DNA of 39,654 bases. Origin: Methanobacteriota archaeon (lineage in GTDB: Archaea; Hydrothermarchaeota; Hydrothermarchaeia; Hydrothermarchaeales; BMS3B). Where the stretch lies: the NCBI GenBank assembly GCA_003229935.1, contig QIGD01000012.1, positions 1 through 39,654 of the forward strand, given 5' to 3'. How positions within the stretch are numbered: position 1 is the stretch's first letter; every line of letters starts with the position of its first letter. The notes beneath the pieces were generated by a model. The model ran no database searches and was not told the DNA's origin. It saw nothing but the letters and a program-made list of their open reading frames with translations. The translations under genes and the position numbers were made by a program. This document shows positions 1-9,915 of this stretch, piece by piece.

Positions 1-382
1 TGACCCTAGATTTATCACGTAATTGCTTGATTTTGTTTCAATATCACCTGAGAGAGGAGGTTGAAATTATAGAAAATGTGTCTTTTGCCACCTGATTTTT
101 TAGATTCTACTGTAACTGTCAAATTCATTAGCGATGTTTTGATGAATTTTGGCTAATTTTCTGCTTTTTAGTGTGTATAATAGCTGAATCTAATCTGTGG
201 AAAAAAGAGATAGCAAAATATTAAGTGGCGAAGATAAGATGTTTTGGTTAAACTGTCAAGGTTGGGACTTAACTATTTAATCTAAAAAACATGAATACTC
301 TCATGCCAGCTAATATACAGAATATTCTGGAGAATATATTCTCTGATTTATAAAAGGAATTCTAAAGCTATATTTTATATTT

Positions 383-1510
383 CTAATTTTGATAATCAGG
401 GCTGGCGTGTTTATAATAAAAACCGTTCAGATAGATAATGAGTCCCACGGCAGTTGTGATAGCTGCAAAGTACATTGTCGCCTTAAAACTATATAGCTGA
501 GATATTGCTCCTCCGATTAATGGGCCAAGAGCTATGGCAAGGCTGGTGGACGAGCTCAATATTCCCACACTTGTTGCTTTTTCCCTGTTGTTTTCAGCCA
601 AGTAACGCAGAGAACCCACGGATACAAGAGAGTAAGAAGCTGCCAGAGCAATCTGAACGGGAAGAAAGAAAAGGAAATTTGGAACCAAAGTAAATGTTAG
701 AAATACAAAGATGCTCAGAGTTATGCCAAATGCCACAAATCTCTCAGCAATGCCAGAGTCCAGCTTATTCATAATTATAAACTGGGAAACTGTGTTCACC
801 AGATATATAACTCCTATCCAGGCAGGATTTGCCCCGAGAGTCATCAGATAAAGCGGGAATATTATCCATATCGCGTTGGCCCCCAGATTACGCAGAAAGT
901 TGGCTATATATATATGGGAATTTCGTCTTACAATATTCAGCGGGAAAATGGGCGTATTTATTATCTCAAATTTAATATCTGGAAGATTTATAGAAACAAA
1001 GAAAGCTATTAAAAATAATAACGAACTTGTGATAAAAACAAGTTTATATGCAAATTCTTCATGAAAATATCCTCTTCCAAACTGAGCAACAGCACCAGAA
1101 ATCAGACTTCCAAAAGCCCAGCCCAGAGACCCATATGATGAGAAGTTGCCAAGTTTTCCTCCTGTGTCATATGTGTAGGCTGTGAGTGCCGGGATAAAAA
1201 TTCCCATTGAAAAACCTGCAAAAAAGCGCACTGTGAACAGAATTAAAGCAGAATCTGCAAAAACCTGAAGGAAGTAAAATAGAGTGGCAAGGGCAAGGCC
1301 AATAGAAACAAGTTTCTTTCTGCTGCTATAGTCTGAGATTCTTCCAAAGTGATATGAGGAGACGAAAATTGCTATACCATAGGCAAAACCTATTATACCT
1401 ATTCCAATACGATTTACATTAATCAGCTCTGAATAGTTTGGCATAAATATTGCTGAAGCCATAGCTCCAGAAAATGCAAGAAATATTATTGCATTTGTTC
1501 TCTCGGGCAT
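383..1510 (-). CDS. MFS transporter
   Basis: About 12 hydrophobic segments; MFS motif A-like GRISDYSSRK; start placed at ATG of MPERT (ORF track extends to 1525). Confidence 0.85.
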   Translation of the reverse strand: MPERTNAIIFLAFSGAMASAIFMPNYSELINVNRIGIGIIGFAYGIAIFVSSYHFGRISDYSSRKKLVSIGLALATLFYFLQVFADSALILFTVRFFAGFSMGIFIPALTAYTYDTGGKLGNFSSYGSLGWAFGSLISGAVAQFGRGYFHEEFAYKLVFITSSLLFLIAFFVSINLPDIKFEIINTPIFPLNIVRRNSHIYIANFLRNLGANAIWIIFPLYLMTLGANPAWIGVIYLVNTVSQFIIMNKLDSGIAERFVAFGITLSIFVFLTFTLVPNFLFFLPVQIALAASYSLVSVGSLRYLAENNREKATSVGILSSSTSLAIALGPLIGGAISQLYSFKATMYFAAITTAVGLIIYLNGFYYKHASPDYQN

Positions 1511-1595
1511 AATCTGGCATAACAAAATTAACCTTAAGAAAACCCTGCTTAAAGAGAAAAATCACTGTTCCTCATTCCAAGATAAAAATGGCTAA

Positions 1596-2040
1596 TCACT
1601 CACTTACATTAATATTGAAAACCCAGCTTTCTTTCGGCACAGCTATAGCTACATCATAGCTTCCACTTCTAAGGTTTTTAACAGTTACTTCTGTTATCAC
1701 CTTTCCAACACACTGGACACATATTTTATTCTGTCTGACAGAAACAAGATTTAGATTTATTCCTTTATAAATTTTAAGTGTTCCAGTTATATCATAGCAG
1801 GATGTTGATGTATAAATCTTAACTATTGCAGTGATACTGTATTTACCTGTTGATATCTTCGGGACATTAAATCTGCCAGTAGTACAGTCTGATGATAATT
1901 TTTTAATAGTAAAAGTAAGGCCAATTCCACCTCTATTTATAACAGTACAACCCTGTGATATTGCACCGGCAATAACAGAGATAGAAATGAGCAATCAGAA
2001 AAAGAGAAGCTCCTCTCTTAATTAATATATACCTCTCCAT
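1596..2040 (-). CDS. Small Cys-containing putative lipoprotein, possibly frameshifted in its signal peptide
   Basis: ORF 1596-1994 starts mid-hydrophobic stretch ending in lipobox-like SQGC; upstream ATG at 2040 (MERYILIKRGASLFL) is one base out of frame. Confidence 0.45.
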
Positions 2041-2069
2041 ATATTAATTATGTCAGCCATTAATAGATA

Positions 2070-3140
2070 TCAATTACCATCAATGAAATCCTCCACCATC
2101 TGTCTGGCTATGTCATCATTATACTGCCAAGGAGGAGATTTCATGAAATATGCTGAAGGTGCAGCAAGTGCCCCGGACACACCTCTGTCCATAGCCAATT
2201 TGGCACATCTTACAGCGTCTATTACAACACCTGCGCTGTTTGGAGAATCCCACACTTCAAGCTTGAATTCAATATTCAATGGAACACCTCCAAAGCTCTC
2301 GCCTTCAAGACGAATATATGCCCATTTTCTATCAGTTAGCCATGCTACATAATCACTAGGCCCTATATGTACATTATCGTCACCCATATTATAGTCCAGC
2401 ATTGACGTTACTGCAGTTGTTTTTGAAATCTTTTTACTTTCAAGACGCTCCCTCTCAAGCATATTATAAAAGTCAGTATTACCACCAACATTGAGCTGGG
2501 AAGTTCTACGTAGCTTAACACCCCTATCTCTAAAAAGCCTTGTTAAAACTCTATGAGTTATTGTTGCTCCCACCTGGGATTTAATGTCATCACCTATTAT
2601 TGGAACATTTGCATCTTCAAACTTTTTTCTCCATTTTTCATTTTTTGCTATAAAAACCGGGATACAGTTTACAAAAGCACAACCTGCTTTCATAGCTTCT
2701 TCGGCATAAAAGCAGGCAGCTTTTTCACTACCCACAGGCAGATAATTGATAACTACATCAGCCCTACTTTCCTCAAGAACCTCAGTTATATTGACAGGTT
2801 TTTCAGGAGATATATCAATAATTTTTGAAAGATATTTGCCTATCCCGTCAAATAATTCACCTTTCTGCACTTCAACGTCCATTTTTGGGACATCTGAAAA
2901 TTTTATAGTATTATTCGGCTTTGTAAAGATTGCTTCGCCTAAATCTTTACCAACCTTATTTTTGTTAACATCGAAAGCAGCAACAAATTCAACATCCCCA
3001 ATATGATAACCGTCGATATTTGCATGCATAATACCAGGAATAAACTCATCTTCCCTCACATCTTTATAGAATTCAACACCTTGTACAAGGGATGAGGCAC
3101 AGTTTCCGGCACCTATTATTGCAACTCTAACTTTACTCAT
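2070..3140 (-). CDS. ino1: myo-inositol-1-phosphate synthase
   Basis: [48 protein letters not shown] motifs. Confidence 0.97.
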   Translation of the reverse strand: MSKVRVAIIGAGNCASSLVQGVEFYKDVREDEFIPGIMHANIDGYHIGDVEFVAAFDVNKNKVGKDLGEAIFTKPNNTIKFSDVPKMDVEVQKGELFDGIGKYLSKIIDISPEKPVNITEVLEESRADVVINYLPVGSEKAACFYAEEAMKAGCAFVNCIPVFIAKNEKWRKKFEDANVPIIGDDIKSQVGATITHRVLTRLFRDRGVKLRRTSQLNVGGNTDFYNMLERERLESKKISKTTAVTSMLDYNMGDDNVHIGPSDYVAWLTDRKWAYIRLEGESFGGVPLNIEFKLEVWDSPNSAGVVIDAVRCAKLAMDRGVSGALAAPSAYFMKSPPWQYNDDIARQMVEDFIDGN

Positions 3141-3181
3141 GTAACCTTTTTATATTTCATTGCTATAAATATCTTATGGCG

Positions 3182-3227
3182 GTGAACTACCCACGACTAA
3201 AGTCGTTGGTTTTCTGCGATGTTTATC
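3182..3227 (-). mobile_element. 46-bp collapsed IS605(TnpB)-type element (left-end outer arm fused to right-end arm through one hairpin)
   Basis: Minus strand TTTAT|GATAAACATCGCAGAAAACCAACGAC-TTTA-GTCGTGGGTAGTTCAC; first half matches 16283-16312, second half matches the end at 16582-16601. Confidence 0.8.
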
Positions 3228-3379
3228 ATAAAACAATACAAATGAAAAGACTTGAAAAGAGAACAACACGTGAGATATTGTGGATTTATATTCTGAAGCT
3301 TCTCATAGGATGAAAGTGAACCATAGTTAATTGTTAGCGAAATATTCATATATAACTGTCACACATATGTGTTGGGTAG

Positions 3380-3590
3380 TTCAGGTATTCCTTGAACAGT
3401 TGGTCGTTCTATCAGCTTCGACAGATGATAGAATACAAGTCTAAGCTGCTCGGAATACTTATGTCTATATTGGTCCAGAATATACTAGCCAAGAGTGTTC
3501 AAGATGTGGGCTGATAGACAGCAGGAATGGCAAAGTATTTAAGTGTCCCACTGTGACCACGTTGAATATGCTGACGTAAATGCTGTTTAG
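3380..3590 (+). pseudogene. tnpB: tnpB C-terminal fragment (RuvC/zinc ribbon), frameshifted
   Basis: Across two frameshifts reads [26 protein letters not shown] / [29 protein letters not shown] / [11 protein letters not shown]. Confidence 0.9.
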
Positions 3591-3670
3591 ATAATGAAGG
3601 CTAAATTTAGCTTATTTCTCATAGTATTTTTGATTATGGGACAGCCTCTTTAGTCGTGGGAGTATGTCAG
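3586..3670 (+). mobile_element. Right part of GAGGCTGTCC-TIR MITE (3586-3648) joined to loop TTTA and right arm of the IS605 end hairpin (3649-3670)
   Basis: Near-identical to 15544-15622; ends GGACAGCCTC-TTTA-GTCGTGGGAGTATGTCAG. Confidence 0.85.
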
Positions 3671-4572
3671 TAAACAATCTCTCCCAGATTCACTCTCATT
3701 AAGTCTTCACTCAGGAATGAGTTCTTAAATATTTCCCTGGCTTCCTCCAGAAGGGGAGTGGCATTCTTATATCTTGGAGAAATATGAGTGAGAAAAAGCG
3801 CCTTTGCTCCACCTTTCTTCGCTGTATCTGCCGCCTCTATAGAGGTTGAATGTAGAGCTTCTATAGCATTTCTCTGGAGCTTTCCTGAAAACGTAGAATC
3901 GTGGATGAGGACTGCACCTCTGCACCTTCGCACTATTTCTTCTAGTGGTCTTGTGTCTCCAGTATAAAGTACTTTAAAACCTTCTCTTGGTTTTCCCAGC
4001 ACCATCTCAGGTGTAATTACTTTACCATTAAACTCAACTGGTTCCCCATTCTGGAGCTTCTTATATAGGGGGCCAGGGGGGATTCCAAATTCCTCTGCTT
4101 TCTTTCTCAGAAACCTTCTGTCCTTCTTTTCTCTGAAAAATATTCCAAAAGCTGTAACCGAGTGCTCAACTTTAAAGGCTTCAATTTCATAATTTTTTCC
4201 CTCAGCTATAACTGTCTCCTCAATCTCATTAACCTTAATTTCAAAGTTTTTCTCATAGTAACCCATAGACAAAATATTTTCCATTAGACCATCTATCCCC
4301 TCTGGTCCAAAAATTTCAAGAGGTTGGTCTCTACCAGAGAAACTCATAGTTTGGATCAGCCCAGGTAACCCGAGAAAATGGTCACCATGCAGATGAGTTA
4401 TAAAAATTCTTGAAATGTGCATATAGTTCACCTTTGCTCTTATCAACTGCCTCTGTGTACCCTCACCACAATCCAGCAGGATAACCTCACCCTCATTTAG
4501 CAGAGCAATAGCGGGGTGGTTTCTATACTTTGTTGGCATTGCTGCAGAAGTTCCAAGGAATACTATTTCCAT
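3667..4572 (-). CDS. rnz: Ribonuclease Z
   Basis: FLGTSAAMPT, DCGEGTQ, THLHGDH, YTGDTRP, LTHISPRY. Confidence 0.97.
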   Translation of the reverse strand: MEIVFLGTSAAMPTKYRNHPAIALLNEGEVILLDCGEGTQRQLIRAKVNYMHISRIFITHLHGDHFLGLPGLIQTMSFSGRDQPLEIFGPEGIDGLMENILSMGYYEKNFEIKVNEIEETVIAEGKNYEIEAFKVEHSVTAFGIFFREKKDRRFLRKKAEEFGIPPGPLYKKLQNGEPVEFNGKVITPEMVLGKPREGFKVLYTGDTRPLEEIVRRCRGAVLIHDSTFSGKLQRNAIEALHSTSIEAADTAKKGGAKALFLTHISPRYKNATPLLEEAREIFKNSFLSEDLMRVNLGEIVY

Positions 4573-5564
4573 TTTTTCATCACCATTATAACTCTTGTAA
4601 GGCTTCTATGCACTCTCAAATAATGCTTCTCCACAACCTTAAATCCTTCCAAATTCTCAAGCTCGTCTCCAAGAGGAATAATAAAGCAGGCATAGCGCTG
4701 TGGCTTTAACATTTTATATATCTTATCAATAGCTCTATTATAAAGTTCCTCTTTTTTAAGTCCTCTAGTACTGGATGAGATTCCATAGGGGGGGTCTGAA
4801 ACTATAGCATGGAAATATTCATTATAGTCTTCCAGTTTAAGTATATCCTTAACCCCAAGGTTAAAATCATCTATACCAGCATATTTAAGGTTCCTCTCTG
4901 CCCCTCTTATAGCTTTGTCATCTATATCAAAACCATAAACTTTAGCACCTATGAGACCTGCTTCAATTAAAAAGCCTCCTCCTCCACAGAAGGGGTCACA
5001 CAGAAACTCTCCTGCCTTAATTCCCGTAAGGTTTACAATGGTCCGACTCAGTCTTGGATGCATTGCCCCAGGTCTATAATAAGGTCTAAGATGTGCCCTT
5101 CTTTTTTCAAATTCACCTCTGGGTACAGAGGCAAGATGTTCACTCAGATAAAACTTTTTCCCTGCTATACCAATAAAGAGGTTTTCATGCTTTTTCAGAT
5201 CAACTTTCTTACCATAATCTGCTATTCTCCCGCCGATATATCTCTCAAGATAGCTCGCCTTAACCCTGACATTACCTACCCTCCATATTCTCACACAGAA
5301 ACTTCCTTTAAATTTATAGTTATAATTCTGCTCCTCTATTTCATCATAGTCGCAGAAAAAAAGAAGCCTTCCAATACTATGAGTTAGAGCAAGTTTTTCA
5401 GTCAAATTTCTGATATCTTCTATCTCTGCTTCTGCCTCAATAACAAGTACCTGCTGCTCAATCTCCACAATAGAGTAACATATACCCTGAGCTTTAAGGA
5501 GAGCCTCCACCTCTGATTGAGGAAGAGTTGGATGCTCACCGGAAAGGAAAAAGAGGAACTTCAT
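4563..5564 (-). CDS. trm11: tRNA (guanine-10,N2)-methyltransferase, THUMP + MTase
   Basis: LSGEHPTLP, DPFCGGGGFLIEA, SDPPYG, RVHRSLTR. Confidence 0.9.
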   Translation of the reverse strand: MKFLFFLSGEHPTLPQSEVEALLKAQGICYSIVEIEQQVLVIEAEAEIEDIRNLTEKLALTHSIGRLLFFCDYDEIEEQNYNYKFKGSFCVRIWRVGNVRVKASYLERYIGGRIADYGKKVDLKKHENLFIGIAGKKFYLSEHLASVPRGEFEKRRAHLRPYYRPGAMHPRLSRTIVNLTGIKAGEFLCDPFCGGGGFLIEAGLIGAKVYGFDIDDKAIRGAERNLKYAGIDDFNLGVKDILKLEDYNEYFHAIVSDPPYGISSSTRGLKKEELYNRAIDKIYKMLKPQRYACFIIPLGDELENLEGFKVVEKHYLRVHRSLTRVIMVMKKWK

Positions 5565-5653
5565 AGTTTAGATTTTCGCTGGTGGTATATTAAGAGTTTT
5601 GGGGAAATAACCCAACCGTGTCGTTTTTAATCGTGAAGAATTTATCTTTGGTC

Positions 5654-6814
5654 ATGAAATTCAAAGGGTACCTTATTGCTGGCTTTTCTGGTGGGCTGAT
5701 TTCCAGCGTTTTTATTATATTTTTTCTGATGTATCATCCAATTCCCCTTGCAGGAGGAAATTCTGCATTTTTATACATAAATGGTAGCAGGATACATGTC
5801 AGTGGATTAAGTGATAAAAATGTAAATCTTTACATAATCAACGGACAGGACATGAGAAATGAAATAATTCCAAAGATTTTTAAGGAAACTCTTCCAAGTG
5901 TTGTGCATATAATATCTACTATCAAAAATACAAGTATTCATCCATTTCCTATTAATAGTTCCGGTTCAGGGATAATTCTTACCAGTAACGGTTATATCCT
6001 TACAAATAATCATGTAATAATAAGTCCAACTAAACCTACTGTTGTGCTCTACAACGGTAAGGAGTATAAGGCTAATTTGATTGGAAGAGACCCCATAACT
6101 GATATCGCTATAATCAAGATTCCAGCCACAAATCTAAAGCCAGCACATCTGGGTAACTCTTCAAAAATACAGGTAGGTGTGACTGCAATAGCTATAGGCA
6201 ATCCCTTCAGATTTACAGACACCCTGACAGTCGGAGTTATAAGTGCCCTAAATAGAAGTTTTAGTACAAATGGAGGTTATGTTATCCATGACGCAATTCA
6301 AACTGATGCTGCTATTAACCCTGGAAATAGCGGTGGTCCTCTTCTCAACCTTAAAGGAGAAGTTATAGGTGTAAATACTGCAATTTTCTCAACAACAGCT
6401 GCTTTTGAGGGCATAGGGCTTGCTATCCCAATTAATAATGCTGAAAAGGTTGCTCAGGACATTATAAAGATAGGCAGAGTTCCTAGGGCATGGATGGGAA
6501 TAACAGGAGAAGATTTTACACATAAGCTTGATGAGAATGTCAGTGTAAAGACAGGTGCACTCGTTGTGTCAGTTGACCCGAGAGGGCCTTCTTATGGTAT
6601 TCTCAGGGGAAACAAAGGCATCTTTGGCAAGAAAAACTTTACACTTGGCGATATTATTGTTGGGATAGATGGCAGAAAAATCAGTGATATGGACGATGTC
6701 ATACAAGCTGTGCTGAGCCACAAAATTGGAAATAAAATAAAAGTGAAGTTCCTCAGAGAAGGTAAATTATATGTAGCCGAAATTACCTTGGGTGAAAGAC
6801 CCAAGAATCTATAG
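5654..6814 (+). CDS. htrA: HtrA/DegP-family serine protease with PDZ domain
   Basis: N-terminal TM, TNNHV, TDIA, QTDAAINPGNSGGPL, C-terminal GDII PDZ; start put at MKFKG. Confidence 0.93.
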   Translation: MKFKGYLIAGFSGGLISSVFIIFFLMYHPIPLAGGNSAFLYINGSRIHVSGLSDKNVNLYIINGQDMRNEIIPKIFKETLPSVVHIISTIKNTSIHPFPINSSGSGIILTSNGYILTNNHVIISPTKPTVVLYNGKEYKANLIGRDPITDIAIIKIPATNLKPAHLGNSSKIQVGVTAIAIGNPFRFTDTLTVGVISALNRSFSTNGGYVIHDAIQTDAAINPGNSGGPLLNLKGEVIGVNTAIFSTTAAFEGIGLAIPINNAEKVAQDIIKIGRVPRAWMGITGEDFTHKLDENVSVKTGALVVSVDPRGPSYGILRGNKGIFGKKNFTLGDIIVGIDGRKISDMDDVIQAVLSHKIGNKIKVKFLREGKLYVAEITLGERPKNL

Positions 6815-7438
6815 CTACTCCTTTATAAACCTGTGCCTGAATTTTTCAAGAAATGTGTAAGTTGCAGTACCTTTACCATAGTGGAAGAATTCTATCACAT
6901 CTTCCTTTTTATCAATATCAAGAGAAACATAAAATGAGTCATATATATAATACCTCAACCCTCTTCTTTCAGCCATATTTATTATGTCAGGAAAAGTCGT
7001 GCTGCTGAAGTGTTCGGATAACAAATCAGGTGGCCTCTTGTAAATTATTCCCACACCACCCTTTCTTGCAGGTGAGATAATAAGCATATGCTTTCTTCCC
7101 AGGCTGATGATATCCTCAATATGCCTCCTATTGATGAGAGGAGTATCAGCAGGAACAAAAACTGTTGCTTCGGCTCCATGCTCAAGCGCATATTTTTTAC
7201 CTTCTTCTACCGCCTGAGTTAAGCCCTGACTCTTTTCTTCCTTCAGGATATGGCAGCCCTTAACTTCAATATCCGCAGATGTGATTATCAGAGGCACCAC
7301 CAGACCGTTGAGAGCATTCAATACATCACTGAGCATGGCTTTTACCAGCCCTGATCTCTCCTCTCTATTCAGATAGGGCGAGAGTCTTGTCTTAGATTTA
7401 CCCGGTTCCTTCACCGGAATTAGAGCGAATATAATCAT
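6815..7438 (-). CDS. cofC: 2-phospho-L-lactate/PEP guanylyltransferase (F420 biosynthesis)
   Basis: IPVK..KSKTRLS, AMLSDVL, PADTPL, SLDID. Confidence 0.88.
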   Translation of the reverse strand: MIIFALIPVKEPGKSKTRLSPYLNREERSGLVKAMLSDVLNALNGLVVPLIITSADIEVKGCHILKEEKSQGLTQAVEEGKKYALEHGAEATVFVPADTPLINRRHIEDIISLGRKHMLIISPARKGGVGIIYKRPPDLLSEHFSSTTFPDIINMAERRGLRYYIYDSFYVSLDIDKKEDVIEFFHYGKGTATYTFLEKFRHRFIKE

Positions 7439-7516
7439 ATATAGATTTTACCCATTCTCAGGTTAAAAAAGATTTTGGCTGATAAGCTTTATTAACATCC
7501 TAGCCTAAACTTTAGT

Positions 7517-7873
7517 ATGGAATATCTTATTGTGAACAGAACCAAAAAAAACGATATAGCCAGAGCAAAAGTGACAGGAAGTTTCTTTTCACGTGCTCTG
7601 GGTCTGATGTTCAGAAGAAATCTGAAGGAAGATGAGGGGCTTCTTATTGAATTTCCAGCCTGGATGAAAAAACCAAGCCTGCACTCCTTCTTTATGTTCT
7701 TTCCTATTGATGTAATATTTATAAACAAAAATTTAAAGGTGGTAGAGAAAGGCCTACTTAAACCTTGGAAGCTGTATACCCCTGCTCATGAGAGCAATTA
7801 TGTTCTCGAATTGCATGAGGGGAAAGCTATAAAAGTAGAAGTCGGTGATGTAATGGAATTCAGGAAGCTCTGA
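7517..7873 (+). CDS. DUF192 family protein
   Basis: RALGLMFR, HSFFMFFPIDVIF, YVLEL. Confidence 0.88.
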   Translation: MEYLIVNRTKKNDIARAKVTGSFFSRALGLMFRRNLKEDEGLLIEFPAWMKKPSLHSFFMFFPIDVIFINKNLKVVEKGLLKPWKLYTPAHESNYVLELHEGKAIKVEVGDVMEFRKL

Positions 7874-9914
7874 ACTTCTTCAAAAGAAATTCATAAAAGG
7901 GCTTATCTTCTTTTCTACTGAGCTTCTCCACAATTAACTCTGGTGTGGATTTTGCAGGTTTACCCAGTATAGGATTTCTCGAAACAATAAGATTGAGATT
8001 CTCATCAAGGCCTGAAGCTTCTATTCCATCAATCCTCGCCTTACCTTTTACAACTTCCATGAGTTCCTCGCCAAGATGAGTTACCATAACAAGAAGAATA
8101 TCCTTCCTTGGAGCAAACCACTCGATAAATGCACTGAGCACTCTAGCAGCAGCCCCTGGCTCTGTAACTGATTCAAGCTCATCAGCAAGAATCAGGCTCT
8201 TCTCACTCTTCTCAGCCATATCAGAGAAAAACCTCAGGAGTGTCTCAAAGGCCCCGGCACTAACTGTTCCCTGAGGCTTAGCAAAGTAGTAAATCTTTTC
8301 GAGAATAGAGAACTCTGCCTTTTCTGCAAGAACTGGCAGACCGCTCTGGGCAGCAATCTGTACCTGTGCTATAGTTTCTAAAAGTGTTGTTTTTCCTCCC
8401 GAGTTTGCTCCTGTGATTATAGCAATTCTCTCTCCTCCACTTCCTTCGAGCTTTATGCTGGATATACCTACAGAATAGCTCACGGGTTCTGCTTTTCCTT
8501 CAAGGGCAAGACCAAGATGCATTGCATCTATAAATGTTAAAGAAGGACTTTCCGAAACCTTTGGCAGAGTTGCTTTATACTTCAATGCAAAGCTTCCTAT
8601 AGCAAGGTAGAAATCCAGCTCGAGAACTGCATTCACATTACTCTCCACCTCCTTCATATAACTTTCTATTTCAGAGGCAGCATCCCGGGCTGCTCTGAAC
8701 TCCCTCCTTGTAGCCTCTGCCTCAAGCCATGCAGAAGTTTCCTGTAATTTTTCTTCTAAAATCTCCAGAGGATATCCATAGCTAAATAATCCTGAAAACA
8801 TTATTCTTTCTTTCTCAAGGCACAGGCTATTTGCAACCTCAACTTCAGATTTCTCAGCTACATCCTTAATTATTTCCTTTACCTTCTCAGGAATAGCCTC
8901 ATAGGCACCACCAGCCTGAAACCCTGAAAGAAGCTTCAGCACCTCTCTGCCCTTTAACGCTACTGCTCCCTCAACTCTCTCTTCAATCTCTCTATTTGCA
9001 AGTCTCAAACGCTCATCAACCTCCTGATTTAACCTATCTCTCGCCTCAGAAAATACCTTTACCTGATTGCTATCCAGACTTTCAAGAATTGAAATTATCT
9101 TTTCCAGAACTTCAGATTTCATTAGCTCTATATCAAGCTCTTTTATATTCAACCCCTCAATGAGTTCAGCAATTTTCTTAATAGCCTTGATTGAATCCAG
9201 ATTCTCTGTTATACCCTTAATTACAATCTCTGGTAGAACCTCACTTTCATTAAATTCATAAAATGTGAGAAAATTGCCTGATAGCAGGTTCACAGTAACT
9301 CCTATATCACCCTGTATATACCTCACAAGCTCGTAGTTCCTCAGATACTTAAAATCCTCTGGGCTTTCTATTAGAAATATCTCAATAAAGCTACTGTATT
9401 TGTCTTTTAGCTGATTATAAAGCTCCTTATCTTCAACAGCTATCACCTGAGAAGCAATTCTACCCTCTGATTTTTTCTGGAATGGCTTAATCATTCTAAG
9501 AGCTTCTTTAGTCTCTGTAACTCTATCTCCCAGAGATGAGACAAGGCTCATCGCAACCCTTACTGTGACATGCCTTCTCTCTATTTCTTCTCTATGTCTG
9601 ACTGGAGCAAATAAACCAACTTTTGTTTTTGCATAGGGCGTGACAGCCTCCTCTTTAATTGCATTAAGAATTGCAGAATAGATTTCTCTTGCCTTTGGAT
9701 TGCCAAAAATGTCAACATAATCGAAGTTAAGGGCTTCAGAATAAATCTCTCTTGCTATTTCCTGCATTCTGGAGGTTTTAATATCAGAGTAAAATAATTC
9801 AGTGAAATTAAGACTTTTAAGCTCTTTCAATGCCCTCTCTTCACTGCCATAAGCATTGATAATCTCCTTCTCCAAGTGTTCTCCAACTCCTTTAATATTC
9901 TTCAGAATTCCCAT
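7860..9914 (-). CDS. Archaeal MutS-like ATPase with N-terminal helix-hairpin-helix
   Basis: IKGVG HhH; ITGANSGGKTT Walker A; SAGAFE; LADE Walker B; VTH. Confidence 0.88.
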   Translation of the reverse strand: MGILKNIKGVGEHLEKEIINAYGSEERALKELKSLNFTELFYSDIKTSRMQEIAREIYSEALNFDYVDIFGNPKAREIYSAILNAIKEEAVTPYAKTKVGLFAPVRHREEIERRHVTVRVAMSLVSSLGDRVTETKEALRMIKPFQKKSEGRIASQVIAVEDKELYNQLKDKYSSFIEIFLIESPEDFKYLRNYELVRYIQGDIGVTVNLLSGNFLTFYEFNESEVLPEIVIKGITENLDSIKAIKKIAELIEGLNIKELDIELMKSEVLEKIISILESLDSNQVKVFSEARDRLNQEVDERLRLANREIEERVEGAVALKGREVLKLLSGFQAGGAYEAIPEKVKEIIKDVAEKSEVEVANSLCLEKERIMFSGLFSYGYPLEILEEKLQETSAWLEAEATRREFRAARDAASEIESYMKEVESNVNAVLELDFYLAIGSFALKYKATLPKVSESPSLTFIDAMHLGLALEGKAEPVSYSVGISSIKLEGSGGERIAIITGANSGGKTTLLETIAQVQIAAQSGLPVLAEKAEFSILEKIYYFAKPQGTVSAGAFETLLRFFSDMAEKSEKSLILADELESVTEPGAAARVLSAFIEWFAPRKDILLVMVTHLGEELMEVVKGKARIDGIEASGLDENLNLIVSRNPILGKPAKSTPELIVEKLSRKEDKPFYEFLLKKFRAS

Positions 9915-9915
9915 A

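Noticed and set aside
1..300. Possible IS remnant ending AAACTGTCAAGGTTGGG (~250-267)
   Set aside because: Resembles a DDE-element terminus, but no convincing partner TIR, TSD or transposase fragment inside the window
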